IMG/VR virus record: IMGVR_UViG_3300042922_000323
Coordinates: 60,977-124,976 of that record
From: a virus
Lineage: Duplodnaviria > Heunggongvirae > Uroviricota > Caudoviricetes
Strand: one strand, 5' to 3'
Length of the DNA: 64,000 bases
Each line of letters starts with the position of its first letter. Position 1 is the stretch's first letter. The position numbers were made by a program, and so were the translations under genes. This document shows positions 20,626 to 30,090 of this stretch, piece after piece. The notes beneath the pieces were generated by a model. That model ran no database searches. It was not told the DNA's origin and was given only the letters and a program-made list of their open reading frames with translations.

Positions 20626-21402
20626 TTATGCTACTAAATCATCTATTGCATGGAAAACTGCTTTCCTTTTATCAGCAAACAACTGTACTGCTCCAAACCC
20701 AGTCCTGTTCATTGCATAACCTTTCTGTTCTCCGTAACCGCCATTACCTACGGCAGTACCTGTATTAACGAACAGTTGGTCTAACTCAGCACATTGGTCA
20801 CTACCAGGCTGTGGAAGAGTAATTTTCTTGTTGAAGGCAAACAATTTATGGGTGTGTCCCATCATATATACATGAGACATTGAAACCTCACGCATACTGA
20901 GAAGACCGTTTATAACACTGGTTTCTTTTGTGCCACCTGTAGCTCCGTGCCATGCGTGTATGGAATATGTAAGACCATCACCTGTATTAACGTTCACCAT
21001 TCCTTGGAACTTACAATAGGCATCATGTCTATTGAGTCTATGAGACAGTTCTTCGGTTATCTCGAAGGAAGTATCTCTTATAATTCTTTCTTCGTGGTTA
21101 CCTTCAACAATGCAATCTATAAGGTCTGCGTATGGTTTAAATGTCTCTACAGCAATCTCAAACTGTTTTTGTGTTGGGTAATTTTCATCATATACAGAAC
21201 GCCCAACAGAAGTCTTAGTGGCAAGTTCCAACAGGTCTCCCATCAGAACTATGCGACATCTATTTCTGTTTTTGTCTACAAAATTCAAGGCATCTTTAAG
21301 TTTTGCTTCATCAAAATACTTGTTACCGAAGTGAATGTCCCCTATAGGCACTATGAACATTGACTTGTGTGTGCCTTTGTATCCGCTTAATACTTGTTTC
21401 AT
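20626..21402 (-). CDS. Calcineurin-like metallophosphoesterase, with motifs GDIHFG, GDLLE, GNHE and GHTHK.
   Basis: Phosphoesterase motifs read in the translation. I placed the start at the internal Met (MKQVLSG…), which is preceded by GGGGG about 7 nt upstream. The ORF track start is 21471. Confidence 0.7.
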   Translation of the reverse strand: MKQVLSGYKGTHKSMFIVPIGDIHFGNKYFDEAKLKDALNFVDKNRNRCRIVLMGDLLELATKTSVGRSVYDENYPTQKQFEIAVETFKPYADLIDCIVEGNHEERIIRDTSFEITEELSHRLNRHDAYCKFQGMVNVNTGDGLTYSIHAWHGATGGTKETSVINGLLSMREVSMSHVYMMGHTHKLFAFNKKITLPQPGSDQCAELDQLFVNTGTAVGNGGYGEQKGYAMNRTGFGAVQLFADKRKAVFHAIDDLVA

Positions 21403-21626
21403 GTCTTGTCCCCCTTCTATAATGAAACGATTACTTCCATAGATTAGACCGATACAAAGAAAAAACCACACCTAAACGAGCGGGTGCGGCGGAAAATATT
21501 GTAGTTTTCTATAGAAATTAACTTCCCCTTAGAACCAAGGATATAGGGTGGATATATAAATGATAAGCGAGCATAGCGAGCTTGCATATCATTTACTTGT
21601 ATGAATATATTATTGTATATACTTCC

Positions 21627-21693
21627 GTTCTAAATTTTAGAACACGTGTGTTCTAGTTTTTAGAACATGCGTGTTCTATTTTTTAGAACACAG
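21627..21693. promoter_or_regulatory. Three tandem ~23-bp palindromic repeats of the form GTTCTAnnTTTTAGAACAnnnG.
   Basis: Read directly: gttctaaattttagaacacgtgt, gttctagtttttagaacatgcgt, gttctattttttagaacacag. They lie in the terL-phosphoesterase intergenic region. Confidence 0.6.
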
Positions 21694-21701
21694 AAATTTA
21701 A

Positions 21702-23414
21702 CTATTTTCTCCTAGCTCCTGCTATTACTGGCATAGCGAAGTGTTCAGTAGCTTCCACTTCATCATTGGAACAAATGTAAATTGCTCCCACACGAGAGTC
21801 ACTAAAGTCCTTACATTTATCAGAATCATGGTCAATCTTATTTCCATTTATTATCTTTAGTGCCTTTAATTCGGAATTTGGTGACATAACACTCTCATAG
21901 CGTGACTGGTAATCCAACAGAGAACACTGCCCAGTGTATATTAAAGCTTTTGCGTTCTGGTACAGTTGTAGCTGAAAAGGGTTAGACCAGTTCTTATCTT
22001 CGGCTTCAACTCCGTAAGACATCAATCTCTGAACAACTTCTGCGGAGTTAAACTTATCGAACAGAGCCTTTTTGACATGAACCTGCTTACATATCTGTTC
22101 TATAATATCTGCTACGTTTAAAAGGTCTACGGGAAGTCTATCCTTCTTACTAGGTCTCCATTCTAATACTAGGTCTTCAACAGGTTTGTTAAACCACTTC
22201 TGTATAGTTTCACCCTCCTCAACCACCTCAGTAATAGTTGGCTCAGCATGTACCAGTGTTAGAATGTAACTATCGGTATTAATACCTGCGTCACCTCCGA
22301 GGTAGTAAATATAGGAGGGGTCAAGTTGGAGGTTATGTAATACAAGCCCTACAAAGTGCCTTTCTTCCCCATTATTTAATGTTCTTGTTGTAATTTTCTC
22401 TTCTATTAAAAGAGCAGGGCACTGTGACGTTTTTCCTATCATAGTACATTCATCTATTCTTTCAGGGAACTGGAACAGACCATCACGGTAGGCAGGTGGA
22501 ATACACTCGTATTTCATTTTTGAACCTTCGGGGTCACGCTCATAGTCCTTGTTTAGAGACTCACGTTTAATCTTAGGGTTAACTTCCCATGACTTACCTA
22601 TCATGGCATGAACCTGCGGGTCACCGTTCTTAACAGCTTCATTGTATTTTTTCATCATATAGTCGTCCTGAGAACGAGGGAATGATATAAATAATAGAAG
22701 CATCTTATTATTATAACGAGATACAGCAGATGAACGCAGGGTAGAATAGCAACTATCAGCCTGGTCTAATTCAAAACCACCTATTTCATCAAATATAATG
22801 ATTAAAGGGTTAAATCCCTCAAATGAGTCGGCTTCTGAATGGGCACTATGGGCTGTAATATTCTTGTAAAACCTTATCTGGTTTTTGGTTAACTGAAATT
22901 CATTATACATTGTAGGGAACACACCAGTTCTCTTAAACCATTTACAGTTCATAAGACGTGCTTTGAACTTCTTAAAGAACACGTTATTAGCCTGGTAAGC
23001 ATTAATGGCTACATTAATTAAGTCTATAGGCTCGTCCTGACCAAATCCAAAGTACTGGTGGGGGTTATTCATACAGCAAAGCAAGTAACATACGTATGTA
23101 AGGATACCAGATATAAGGAAGTCCTTACCTGAACCCTTACCAAACATAACTACCATCTCAGTTACTTCTCTTAGTGCGGCTCTACATTTCTTTTCTTCCC
23201 CTGTAAATTTAAACCAAACTACCTCGTTAACTTTTTCTAGTAGCTCAGTCTGCATACCTGGGTAAGGGTTCTCACCCAAAAATTTTTTATCCTTAAAGAA
23301 GGTAACAAGGTCAACAGGTTCTTCACGCCACGTACCTTTATGTTCCTTCTTATCCTCGGCAAGGTTTACAAGGTCGTCAAGAAGTTTGCCTAATATGGCA
23401 TTGTCTTTAGCCAC
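21702..23414 (-). CDS. terL: Terminase large subunit (570 aa), with a Walker A motif MFGKGSGKD.
   Basis: P-loop, size, and position upstream of the portal. Confidence 0.85.
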   Translation of the reverse strand: MAKDNAILGKLLDDLVNLAEDKKEHKGTWREEPVDLVTFFKDKKFLGENPYPGMQTELLEKVNEVVWFKFTGEEKKCRAALREVTEMVVMFGKGSGKDFLISGILTYVCYLLCCMNNPHQYFGFGQDEPIDLINVAINAYQANNVFFKKFKARLMNCKWFKRTGVFPTMYNEFQLTKNQIRFYKNITAHSAHSEADSFEGFNPLIIIFDEIGGFELDQADSCYSTLRSSAVSRYNNKMLLLFISFPRSQDDYMMKKYNEAVKNGDPQVHAMIGKSWEVNPKIKRESLNKDYERDPEGSKMKYECIPPAYRDGLFQFPERIDECTMIGKTSQCPALLIEEKITTRTLNNGEERHFVGLVLHNLQLDPSYIYYLGGDAGINTDSYILTLVHAEPTITEVVEEGETIQKWFNKPVEDLVLEWRPSKKDRLPVDLLNVADIIEQICKQVHVKKALFDKFNSAEVVQRLMSYGVEAEDKNWSNPFQLQLYQNAKALIYTGQCSLLDYQSRYESVMSPNSELKALKIINGNKIDHDSDKCKDFSDSRVGAIYICSNDEVEATEHFAMPVIAGARRK

Positions 23415-23416
23415 GT

Positions 23417-24022
23417 TTATACCCCCTTGCCGCCACGGTTAATAATCTCAGCAAACCACTGAGTACCCTTAACCATCTTTAATTTGTCTACTATAGAAGG
23501 TATAGCTTGTGGAGCTTCATCCTGTAATACATTTAATACAATCTCCATGAATTTACGTATATTATTGTAGTCATTAACTTCCTTCTGAATGTTGGTCATC
23601 TGCAACAGTAACTCACGCATCTCAGAAACAACCGCCTTAAAACGATACGGGTCAATATATCTTCCTTTGGAGATAGCATCGTCTTCCATAAGTTCAAGCA
23701 GAGTTTTAGTCTTGTGGAACAGCGAAGTTACCTCAAATATAATATCGAAGGTATCGGAAACAGACTCAGCTAATTTCTTTTTCTGAGCAACTGTAATTTG
23801 TGTATCTAAGTGGGGTACTTTCTCCAAGAACCTCATTACACAGTATTTATCAATAGGGTCTTCTTGCGGTACTTTACCACTTGAATTACAGGCATCTGCT
23901 ATGGTCTGGTATGAATCACCTTCCACACGCATACGTACAACATCTTTTTCAAGGTCATACTTAACTATTTTGGACTGCTTAGTAGAACTTACAACTACCT
24001 CATTTTTACTTTTATCTGCCAT
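23417..24022 (-). CDS. terS: Terminase small subunit (201 aa), putative.
   Basis: It is immediately upstream of terL and adjoins it. It has an HTH-like segment. Confidence 0.45.
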   Translation of the reverse strand: MADKSKNEVVVSSTKQSKIVKYDLEKDVVRMRVEGDSYQTIADACNSSGKVPQEDPIDKYCVMRFLEKVPHLDTQITVAQKKKLAESVSDTFDIIFEVTSLFHKTKTLLELMEDDAISKGRYIDPYRFKAVVSEMRELLLQMTNIQKEVNDYNNIRKFMEIVLNVLQDEAPQAIPSIVDKLKMVKGTQWFAEIINRGGKGV

Positions 24023-24206
24023 TTATGTCACCTCTCATGTTAATTAACGCACTGATGCGTACTATAAAATCGGGGATATAGTTGGACATATCTACGCTCC
24101 CTTACGTTCTTAGAGTAGACCGTTGTGCAATAAATCACACTTTTTAATAATCCACTTAACTTTGAGATATGACGTGCGTATAAGTATCCTGTAAGAAGTA
24201 AACTAA

Positions 24207-24563
24207 ATGGAGGATTTCATAATGGACAATGTTCTTGAAACGCTAATTGGGATGGTGGCTACAAAGCCGATTAATATTACAGTCAACGTATATAATAGAC
24301 CTGATGCTACACCAGTAGCGTCGTTATTAACTACGCTTGACGGTGATGATTGTGACGGTGAATGTGACCTATGTGGTTGTTGCTGTGATGACGTTGCAGA
24401 GGATTTTGATGAAGTCATTGATTGCGATGACTGTGAAGAAGCTAAATACGCACAGATTTGGGAAACTTTTAAGGGCATTATTGTTCAACAGATGCCAGGT
24501 GGCGAACAGAAATTGGAGCTACTTAAACTCATGAGTTATTTAGAGAATACCATTCTCGGTTAG
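24207..24563 (+). CDS. Acidic, Cys-rich hypothetical protein (118 aa; …CDGECDLCGCCCDD…).
   Basis: ORF track. It is transcribed divergently from terS. Confidence 0.4.
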   Translation: MEDFIMDNVLETLIGMVATKPINITVNVYNRPDATPVASLLTTLDGDDCDGECDLCGCCCDDVAEDFDEVIDCDDCEEAKYAQIWETFKGIIVQQMPGGEQKLELLKLMSYLENTILG

Positions 24564-24705
24564 CATAACCTCCATAAGAAAAGTAAGATATATCCTCTAA
24601 GGATATATCTTACTTTTCTTATATTTTCACATCGCTAACTACATCCTTTTATCAACCTTAACTTCATTGGTTGGGCGTTTGCTCAAATTTTATAGGGGGT
24701 ATTAT

Positions 24706-24972
24706 ATGTTAAATGAAGTATGCTATAATGAAATTGGTAAAGTGAACCTTGAAAACAGAATAACTAATATTTGTGAATTGCCATTAACTCTTAGCGTAGC
24801 CGATATTTCAAAGGTTTTAGGAATTTCTAAACATAATGCCTACTGCCTATGTCATAACAAAGGATTTCCTTGTATACAGGTTGGTAAAAGGCTAGTGATT
24901 CCTAGACCTGCATTTGAAAGATGGATGGAAAACCCATTTATATTTGAAAGTGAGGAAAAACTAGATGGCTAA
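24706..24972 (+). CDS. xis: Excisionase or DNA-binding protein (HTH …LSVADISKVLGISKHNAY…).
   Basis: HTH motif. It overlaps the integrase start. An RBS (AGGGGG) lies before the ATG at 24706. Confidence 0.55.
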   Translation: MLNEVCYNEIGKVNLENRITNICELPLTLSVADISKVLGISKHNAYCLCHNKGFPCIQVGKRLVIPRPAFERWMENPFIFESEEKLDG

Positions 24973-26122
24973 GAAAAGAGAAAATGGCGAAGGAACTATT
25001 ACAAAATTAGCGAATGGAAGTTACATGGGTAGAATACTTCTAGGTTACAAAAGTGATGGCAAACAAAATAGAAAAAGTGTTTATGGTAAAACCAAAAGTG
25101 ATGTAATTCAGAAACTTCAGGAACTGTCCCTATCTAAAGTTCATGGTCTAAAAGAACCAAGTAACATGCCATTAGGAACGTGGCTTTTATATTGGTTGGA
25201 GAATTTCAAAAAACTAAGGTTAAAACCAAAGACCTATGAAGTTTACGAAACGCAAGTGGTATATAACATTATACCCTTACTTGGAGATATACCATTAAAA
25301 GACTTAAATACCCTACAAATACAGAAATATGTTAATGATAAGTCTCAAACACTAGCTCCCGCTACTGTCCGAAAGCAGTTTAGTATACTAAACTCAGCAT
25401 TGGATAAAGCAGAAGCAAACGAATTGATAACTAAAAACCCATGTAACCACGTAGAATTACCTGTTTTGGAGCAAAAAGAGATTAGAGCCTTAACACTTGA
25501 TGAAGAGAGTAAGTTCATTGAAGTTTCTAAGAATGATAAACTCTATTCACTATTTGTCGTGGCTCTTGATAGCGGTTTAAGACTTGGTGAAATACTTGCC
25601 CTAACCTGGAATGATATTGATGTAGATAAAGCTGAAATAAACGTCAATAAAAATGTTATATATGTCAAGGATTATGAAAATAAGTCCAAGACCAATAACA
25701 TTATTGCAGTTCAGGATAATCCTAAAACAAAGTCCTCTATAAGAAAAGTACCGCTCACTCAAAGGTCTCTGAATTTGTTAAAGGAACTTAAATCAAAAAC
25801 AAATTCCATTATAGTATTTGCTACAAAAACAGGGAACTATTTAAACCCTAGAAACGTGGAACGGTCATTTGTAAGAAATGCTACCAAAGCAGGAATTGAA
25901 GGTTGTAACTTTCATACTTTAAGACATACATTTGCTACAAGACTTTTTGAACGAGGTATATTTGTAAATGTTGTGTCAAAATTATTAGGTCATGCTAAAA
26001 CTTCAATAACAACCGACATTTACATTAGTGTAATACCATCACTAAAAAGTAATGCAATAAAAGCATTGGATTTACTGCACTCTGAGCAAATGCAAAGTAA
26101 ACCACTCGCAAACCAATTATAA
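24965..26122 (+). CDS. int: Tyrosine recombinase (phage integrase, 385 aa).
   Basis: C-terminal catalytic motifs HTLRHTFATRL and …TDIY are conserved in phage integrases. Confidence 0.9.
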   Translation: MAKKRENGEGTITKLANGSYMGRILLGYKSDGKQNRKSVYGKTKSDVIQKLQELSLSKVHGLKEPSNMPLGTWLLYWLENFKKLRLKPKTYEVYETQVVYNIIPLLGDIPLKDLNTLQIQKYVNDKSQTLAPATVRKQFSILNSALDKAEANELITKNPCNHVELPVLEQKEIRALTLDEESKFIEVSKNDKLYSLFVVALDSGLRLGEILALTWNDIDVDKAEINVNKNVIYVKDYENKSKTNNIIAVQDNPKTKSSIRKVPLTQRSLNLLKELKSKTNSIIVFATKTGNYLNPRNVERSFVRNATKAGIEGCNFHTLRHTFATRLFERGIFVNVVSKLLGHAKTSITTDIYISVIPSLKSNAIKALDLLHSEQMQSKPLANQL

Positions 26123-26415
26123 ACCAATTAGCATGATTTTTGATGATTTTAGAGGGTTTTAAATACCAGTATATGGTAAATAAGGAGGTGAATACGCTGA
26201 ATAAATCAACAATAAAAAAATCCCGAACCCGCCCATTCACAAGGGATTCAGAGATTTTTTGTTGGAGCTCCCATCCAGATTCGAACTGGAGACCTCATCC
26301 TTACCATGGTAGGTATCAGTTTTGATACATCCGATTGAAGTCAGTAATATCAAGTGTTTCAAGGTTTCACTTTTTATAAAATTAATGATTTAAACCAATC
26401 ACAAACCAATTGGCT
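26101..26415. mobile_element. attP-like region. Its core holds the 3' end of a tRNA (T-arm plus acceptor) on the minus strand at about 26263-26294. Direct repeats AAACCAAT(T/C)A(T/C)AAACCAATT(A/G)GC flank it at 26108-26132 and 26388-26412.
   Basis: The reverse complement reads GGTCTCCAGTTCGAATCTGGATGGGAGCTCCA, with no matching 5' acceptor strand nearby. The repeats flanking the core look like arm-type integrase binding sites. Confidence 0.5.
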
Positions 26416-26502
26416 ACTGGTAAGAACATGGCAATTCACTAAATTATTTCTTGTGTATTTGTACTATTTTGGAATATAATAGTAACAAAGGAGGAATTTT
26501 AT

Positions 26503-27054
26503 ATGAAGAGAGTTATTGGTGTATTACTAAGTATTGCGCTAATTTTTTCCAGTTACACTTCTTTTGCAGCCGATGAATTAAAAGATTCTAAGGTAATTGA
26601 ACGGCAGATTTATAGACAGGACATTTCAGTGGACAAGATGAAGCTGTTCCAATACAACGGAGAGTATTACATAAGTCTGGATAATTTTAAGCGTATTAAT
26701 GGGTTCAACGTGACATGTGATACTTATGGTAATATGTTGTATGTATTCATTAGCAGAGCGAAGATTAAGTACTTTGATTATTACTTCGATTATGATGCGA
26801 TGCAGTATGAGGAAAAGGTTAAAGTAGACAGGAGTACTTATACCTCAGGGGTAGCATTGCCAATTAGTTTAAAGAAGGAAGATTACCCAAATCTTTCGTC
26901 AATGTTTGAGAAGGTACACTCTACCTATTGGTTCATTCCTATAAGCTACATAGTAACCATGACAGGTGGAACATTTGATGTAAGTGAAGATAAAGCGGTC
27001 ATTGACTACGGGTACACACCGTCAGTAGACCCAAGAGAAAAAGGAAGGCAATAA
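26503..27054 (+). CDS. Secreted protein (183 aa) with an N-terminal signal peptide. Moron-like cargo.
   Basis: Hydrophobic N-terminus MKRVIGVLLSIALIFSSYTSFAAD. A strong RBS (AAGGAGG). It is followed by a hairpin terminator (aaagccttcctttttctctttt). Confidence 0.5.
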   Translation: MKRVIGVLLSIALIFSSYTSFAADELKDSKVIERQIYRQDISVDKMKLFQYNGEYYISLDNFKRINGFNVTCDTYGNMLYVFISRAKIKYFDYYFDYDAMQYEEKVKVDRSTYTSGVALPISLKKEDYPNLSSMFEKVHSTYWFIPISYIVTMTGGTFDVSEDKAVIDYGYTPSVDPREKGRQ

Positions 27055-27136
27055 AAGCCTTCCTTTTTCTCTTTTGTATTGAACATAGGACAAACTTCGC
27101 TAATTATGTTAACATTTATTATGTAAATATAAATAT

Positions 27137-27865
27137 CTATTTTCCTAAGTATTTAAGCACTGCGTTCATTACTACTGCCATTTCCTGTCTGCTCATTTTC
27201 TGCTTTGGGTTAAAGTTACCATCACTGCCATTCATTATACCAAGTGCTTTAACCTTTTTAACAGCGTCCTTTGCGTAAGCTGAAACTTGGTCAAAGTCCT
27301 TGAACGGTAAAGTAGGTTGAGTAGCGTTCGGTACTTCAATAACCTGTTCGTCCTGAATAAACACTTTAAGCCTACCGAACTTTTTAAACGAGGTTAATAG
27401 TCCAGTTTTTACAACTCCGTTCTTGGTGTTTTGTGCGTGAGTTACACCACTCCCGTTATAAGTACCAACGTGTACCATATACCCACTTGTATTAGGAACG
27501 AAGCAAAGGTCACCTTCCCTTAAATCTTCTTTCTTAATCTCAACGCACATGTCATGGAACAGCATGTCAGCATTGTAGTCTCTGCTGATTAAACCCAGTT
27601 TAGTTAGAGTATAAACAACGAGACCACTGCAATCAAAGTACTCTTTGCCAATCCATTTTTCTGCGGTCACCCCGCCACTCAGGTAGTAGTGTTGTCTTCC
27701 AAATGTGGCAATAAGCTTATTCAGTTTTTCCATTGTGAGCTTGTCATCATTCTGACCTCCCCACACATATCCCTGACCGACCTTTGAATTTACAATTTTT
27801 AAGAACTCAGCCCTTAAACTCATACGTGCAACTCCTTTCTTAATAAGTGTGTCTGTCATATTCAA
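27137..27865 (-). CDS. NlpC/P60-family cell-wall peptidase with a C-terminal SLH-like domain (242 aa).
   Basis: A Cys-containing NlpC/P60-like core (…YFDCSGLVVY… ; …MVHVGTY…). The C-terminus …FNPKQKMSRQEMAVVMNAVLKYL is SLH-like. Confidence 0.6.
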   Translation of the reverse strand: MNMTDTLIKKGVARMSLRAEFLKIVNSKVGQGYVWGGQNDDKLTMEKLNKLIATFGRQHYYLSGGVTAEKWIGKEYFDCSGLVVYTLTKLGLISRDYNADMLFHDMCVEIKKEDLREGDLCFVPNTSGYMVHVGTYNGSGVTHAQNTKNGVVKTGLLTSFKKFGRLKVFIQDEQVIEVPNATQPTLPFKDFDQVSAYAKDAVKKVKALGIMNGSDGNFNPKQKMSRQEMAVVMNAVLKYLGK

Positions 27866-28034
27866 TCCCTGAAAAACTACGGTACTGTTTCAGCTTGTAC
27901 ATCACGAACTCAAAAACGTCTTGATTTAAGATGTACTTCGGAACTGCCATTTCTAAATTTATAATGATAGTCAGTACCTTGTCGTCATTGACGCTTTCGA
28001 TTAGGTCTTTCAATGTAGCGTACTCCATGTTCAT
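27840..28034 (-). CDS. Small hypothetical protein (64 aa).
   Basis: ORF track. Confidence 0.25.
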   Translation of the reverse strand: MNMEYATLKDLIESVNDDKVLTIIINLEMAVPKYILNQDVFEFVMYKLKQYRSFSGIEYDRHTY

Positions 28035-28056
28035 AGCCCTCCTGTTAGGAGTATTA

Positions 28057-28131
28057 TGGCATACCCCGCAAGATTTGAACTCGCATCTAACAGTTTTGGA
28101 GACTGCTGTTCTACCGTTGAACTAGAGGTAT
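28057..28131 (-). tRNA. tRNA-Trp (anticodon CCA).
   Basis: The reverse complement ATACCTCTAGTTCAACGGTAGAACAGCAGTCTCCAAAACTGTTAGATGCGAGTTCAAATCTTGCGGGGTATGCCA folds as a cloverleaf with anticodon loop CTCCAAA. It closely resembles Bacillus tRNA-Trp. Confidence 0.85.
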
Positions 28132-28256
28132 ACGTAACATATATAGGATATGTCAGTAAGCTATAAGCCTAACAAAAAAGCGGTCAGTGACCATGAGTAA
28201 ACTCACAATATGACCGCCGACTATGTTTTTACGAGTTTACCATAGACTATCCTCGA

Positions 28257-28472
28257 TTAGTAAATTACATATGGTTCTTGTACGCCATGACCACAACAAG
28301 CGTGCTTAGCACCCTCTACGTATCCAGTACACGCATCATATCCTTCTTTTGTAGGCATACAGTTACATCTTTTGCAAGGTCTTTCTAATTCAGCACTTTC
28401 TAAAGTGTCTTCATACACCCACTGGTTTTCAATAAAGACTATAGCATGTCCTCTCTGGTTACTTTTAATCAA
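28257..28472 (-). CDS. Cys-rich small protein (71 aa).
   Basis: ORF track. It has multiple CxxC or CxC motifs. Confidence 0.4.
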   Translation of the reverse strand: MIKSNQRGHAIVFIENQWVYEDTLESAELERPCKRCNCMPTKEGYDACTGYVEGAKHACCGHGVQEPYVIY

Positions 28473-28478
28473 AGCTTA

Positions 28479-28700
28479 TCACTTCCTATCCTTAAACAAT
28501 TCACAATGACAGTGTCCTACTTCTCTCATTACCTTGCATGGACACAGCGTGTCTTTACAGTGTGCATACTTTGGTACACAGGGACAGTACCCGCCTGTCT
28601 TATCAAGTCCTTCTAAAACACTGAAAGCATATGGCTGTTCATCCACTACTTTAGTTCCAAGTCTCTTGGCTATTACATTAGCCCATTTTATAGTAAACAT
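28479..28700 (-). CDS. Cys-rich small protein (73 aa; CPCVPKYAHCKDTLCPCK…HCHC).
   Basis: ORF track. Confidence 0.4.
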   Translation of the reverse strand: MFTIKWANVIAKRLGTKVVDEQPYAFSVLEGLDKTGGYCPCVPKYAHCKDTLCPCKVMREVGHCHCELFKDRK

Positions 28701-28744
28701 TTAACATCACCTCATAAAACTTATACGAAAGGAAAAGCCGAGAG

Positions 28745-29902
28745 TTAAATCTCGGCAAATACCTTACTCGCTTCACTTCGCACGTCCTCTGGTAGAACGA
28801 TAATGCCAACCAGTGGGTTACCTTTACACTTATCAATGAACTGTAATAATCCGTTATTACTGACGTACTTCGCTTCTGCTTGCTTGTAATCCCCTGTGAA
28901 TACAACGCAAGAGTTCTTTCCAAGTCTTGAACCCACAAGCTTAAATATCTTCAACGTCAAGTCCTCTGCTTCATCCACAAGCATGTATGTATTGTCATAG
29001 GTCTTGCCCTTCATATGGAACGGAATCGCTTTGTCCAGTATACCTTGGTTCATCATTCTCTCAGCGTCCTGCTCGCCACCGTCCAAGCAGTCAATTATAG
29101 GTTCAAAAAACGCCCCTGTCTTTTCCTCCAAGCCGCCAGGTAGGAAGCCTATATCCTCGCCAGAGCCGATTGGGTTTCTTACCATTAAAAGTTTACCATA
29201 ACCATCCTTGCACCAGGTTAGATAAACGCCCATAGTCGCCGCCAACTTCGTTTTACCACTACCGAAGTTACCTGCTATAACTTTAATCGGAATGTCTTTA
29301 TTCATGAGCATATCTAAAGCACATCTCTGCTCAAAGTTCCATCCTTCAATAACGCTCTCAGGAGGAAGTTCTAAATCCACGAGCTTGCCGCCGCTCATTC
29401 TACATTCCAACTCGTCCCCTGTCTCAGTGTTCTTAAACAGGAAGTACTTATTTTCAAAGGACTCAATTTGCCCGTTCTCTAACATCTCGAACTCACTTTT
29501 AATATCCTCTGTATTACCCTGTATTACTTCGTACCCTGTGTAAGCAGGTATGTAATACTCTTTCCAACTTACTCCGACAGAATCCGCCTTTATCTGCATG
29601 TTTATGTCATTTGTCAATAATACGGCTTTGTTATCCTTGGCACACATTATAATCTTATTGTCACGCTTGGAAGCGTCCCAGTCCTTGGGTACTTTGTAAT
29701 TGTCCTTTGCTTCAAATGTCAAAGTTCCATTTACTTGTGCTTCCTTTATCAGCTTGTGAGCCAGTCTTGCATTGTGTCCGACTTCCCTGTCCTTCTTCAA
29801 CCCGTCAATCTCTTCCAACATAATAGAAGGAAGTATAACAGGTTTAAATTTTAACACTGCCTTTGGGTAAGAAATTAATACGTTTGTGTCAATAACGTAC
29901 AT
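28745..29902 (-). CDS. PIN-domain and PhoH-like ATPase fusion (385 aa), of the YlaK/PhoH2 type.
   Basis: N-terminal PIN signature (MYVIDTNVLIS…). A Walker A motif GNFGSGKT. PhoH-like proteins are common in phage genomes. Confidence 0.8.
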   Translation of the reverse strand: MYVIDTNVLISYPKAVLKFKPVILPSIMLEEIDGLKKDREVGHNARLAHKLIKEAQVNGTLTFEAKDNYKVPKDWDASKRDNKIIMCAKDNKAVLLTNDINMQIKADSVGVSWKEYYIPAYTGYEVIQGNTEDIKSEFEMLENGQIESFENKYFLFKNTETGDELECRMSGGKLVDLELPPESVIEGWNFEQRCALDMLMNKDIPIKVIAGNFGSGKTKLAATMGVYLTWCKDGYGKLLMVRNPIGSGEDIGFLPGGLEEKTGAFFEPIIDCLDGGEQDAERMMNQGILDKAIPFHMKGKTYDNTYMLVDEAEDLTLKIFKLVGSRLGKNSCVVFTGDYKQAEAKYVSNNGLLQFIDKCKGNPLVGIIVLPEDVRSEASKVFAEI

Positions 29903-30090
29903 TAGTCATCGTCCTCCTCGTCACCTGGTTCATATTTAAAGCCAATTACGTTTTCATTGCCTTCTTCCGTTCCAGGTGCTTCGTCAGTTCCGTCGTCAAT
30001 TGCTTCATGTACTTGTCTTATTTGTTTAACAACTCTTCCCTTGTAGTCATACTTAAATGCCTTTATCTCGACGAACTCTCTTCTTAGCAC
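29902..30090 (-). CDS. Small acidic protein (62 aa).
   Basis: ORF track. It is operonic with the PhoH-like gene. Confidence 0.3.
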   Translation of the reverse strand: MLRREFVEIKAFKYDYKGRVVKQIRQVHEAIDDGTDEAPGTEEGNENVIGFKYEPGDEEDDD

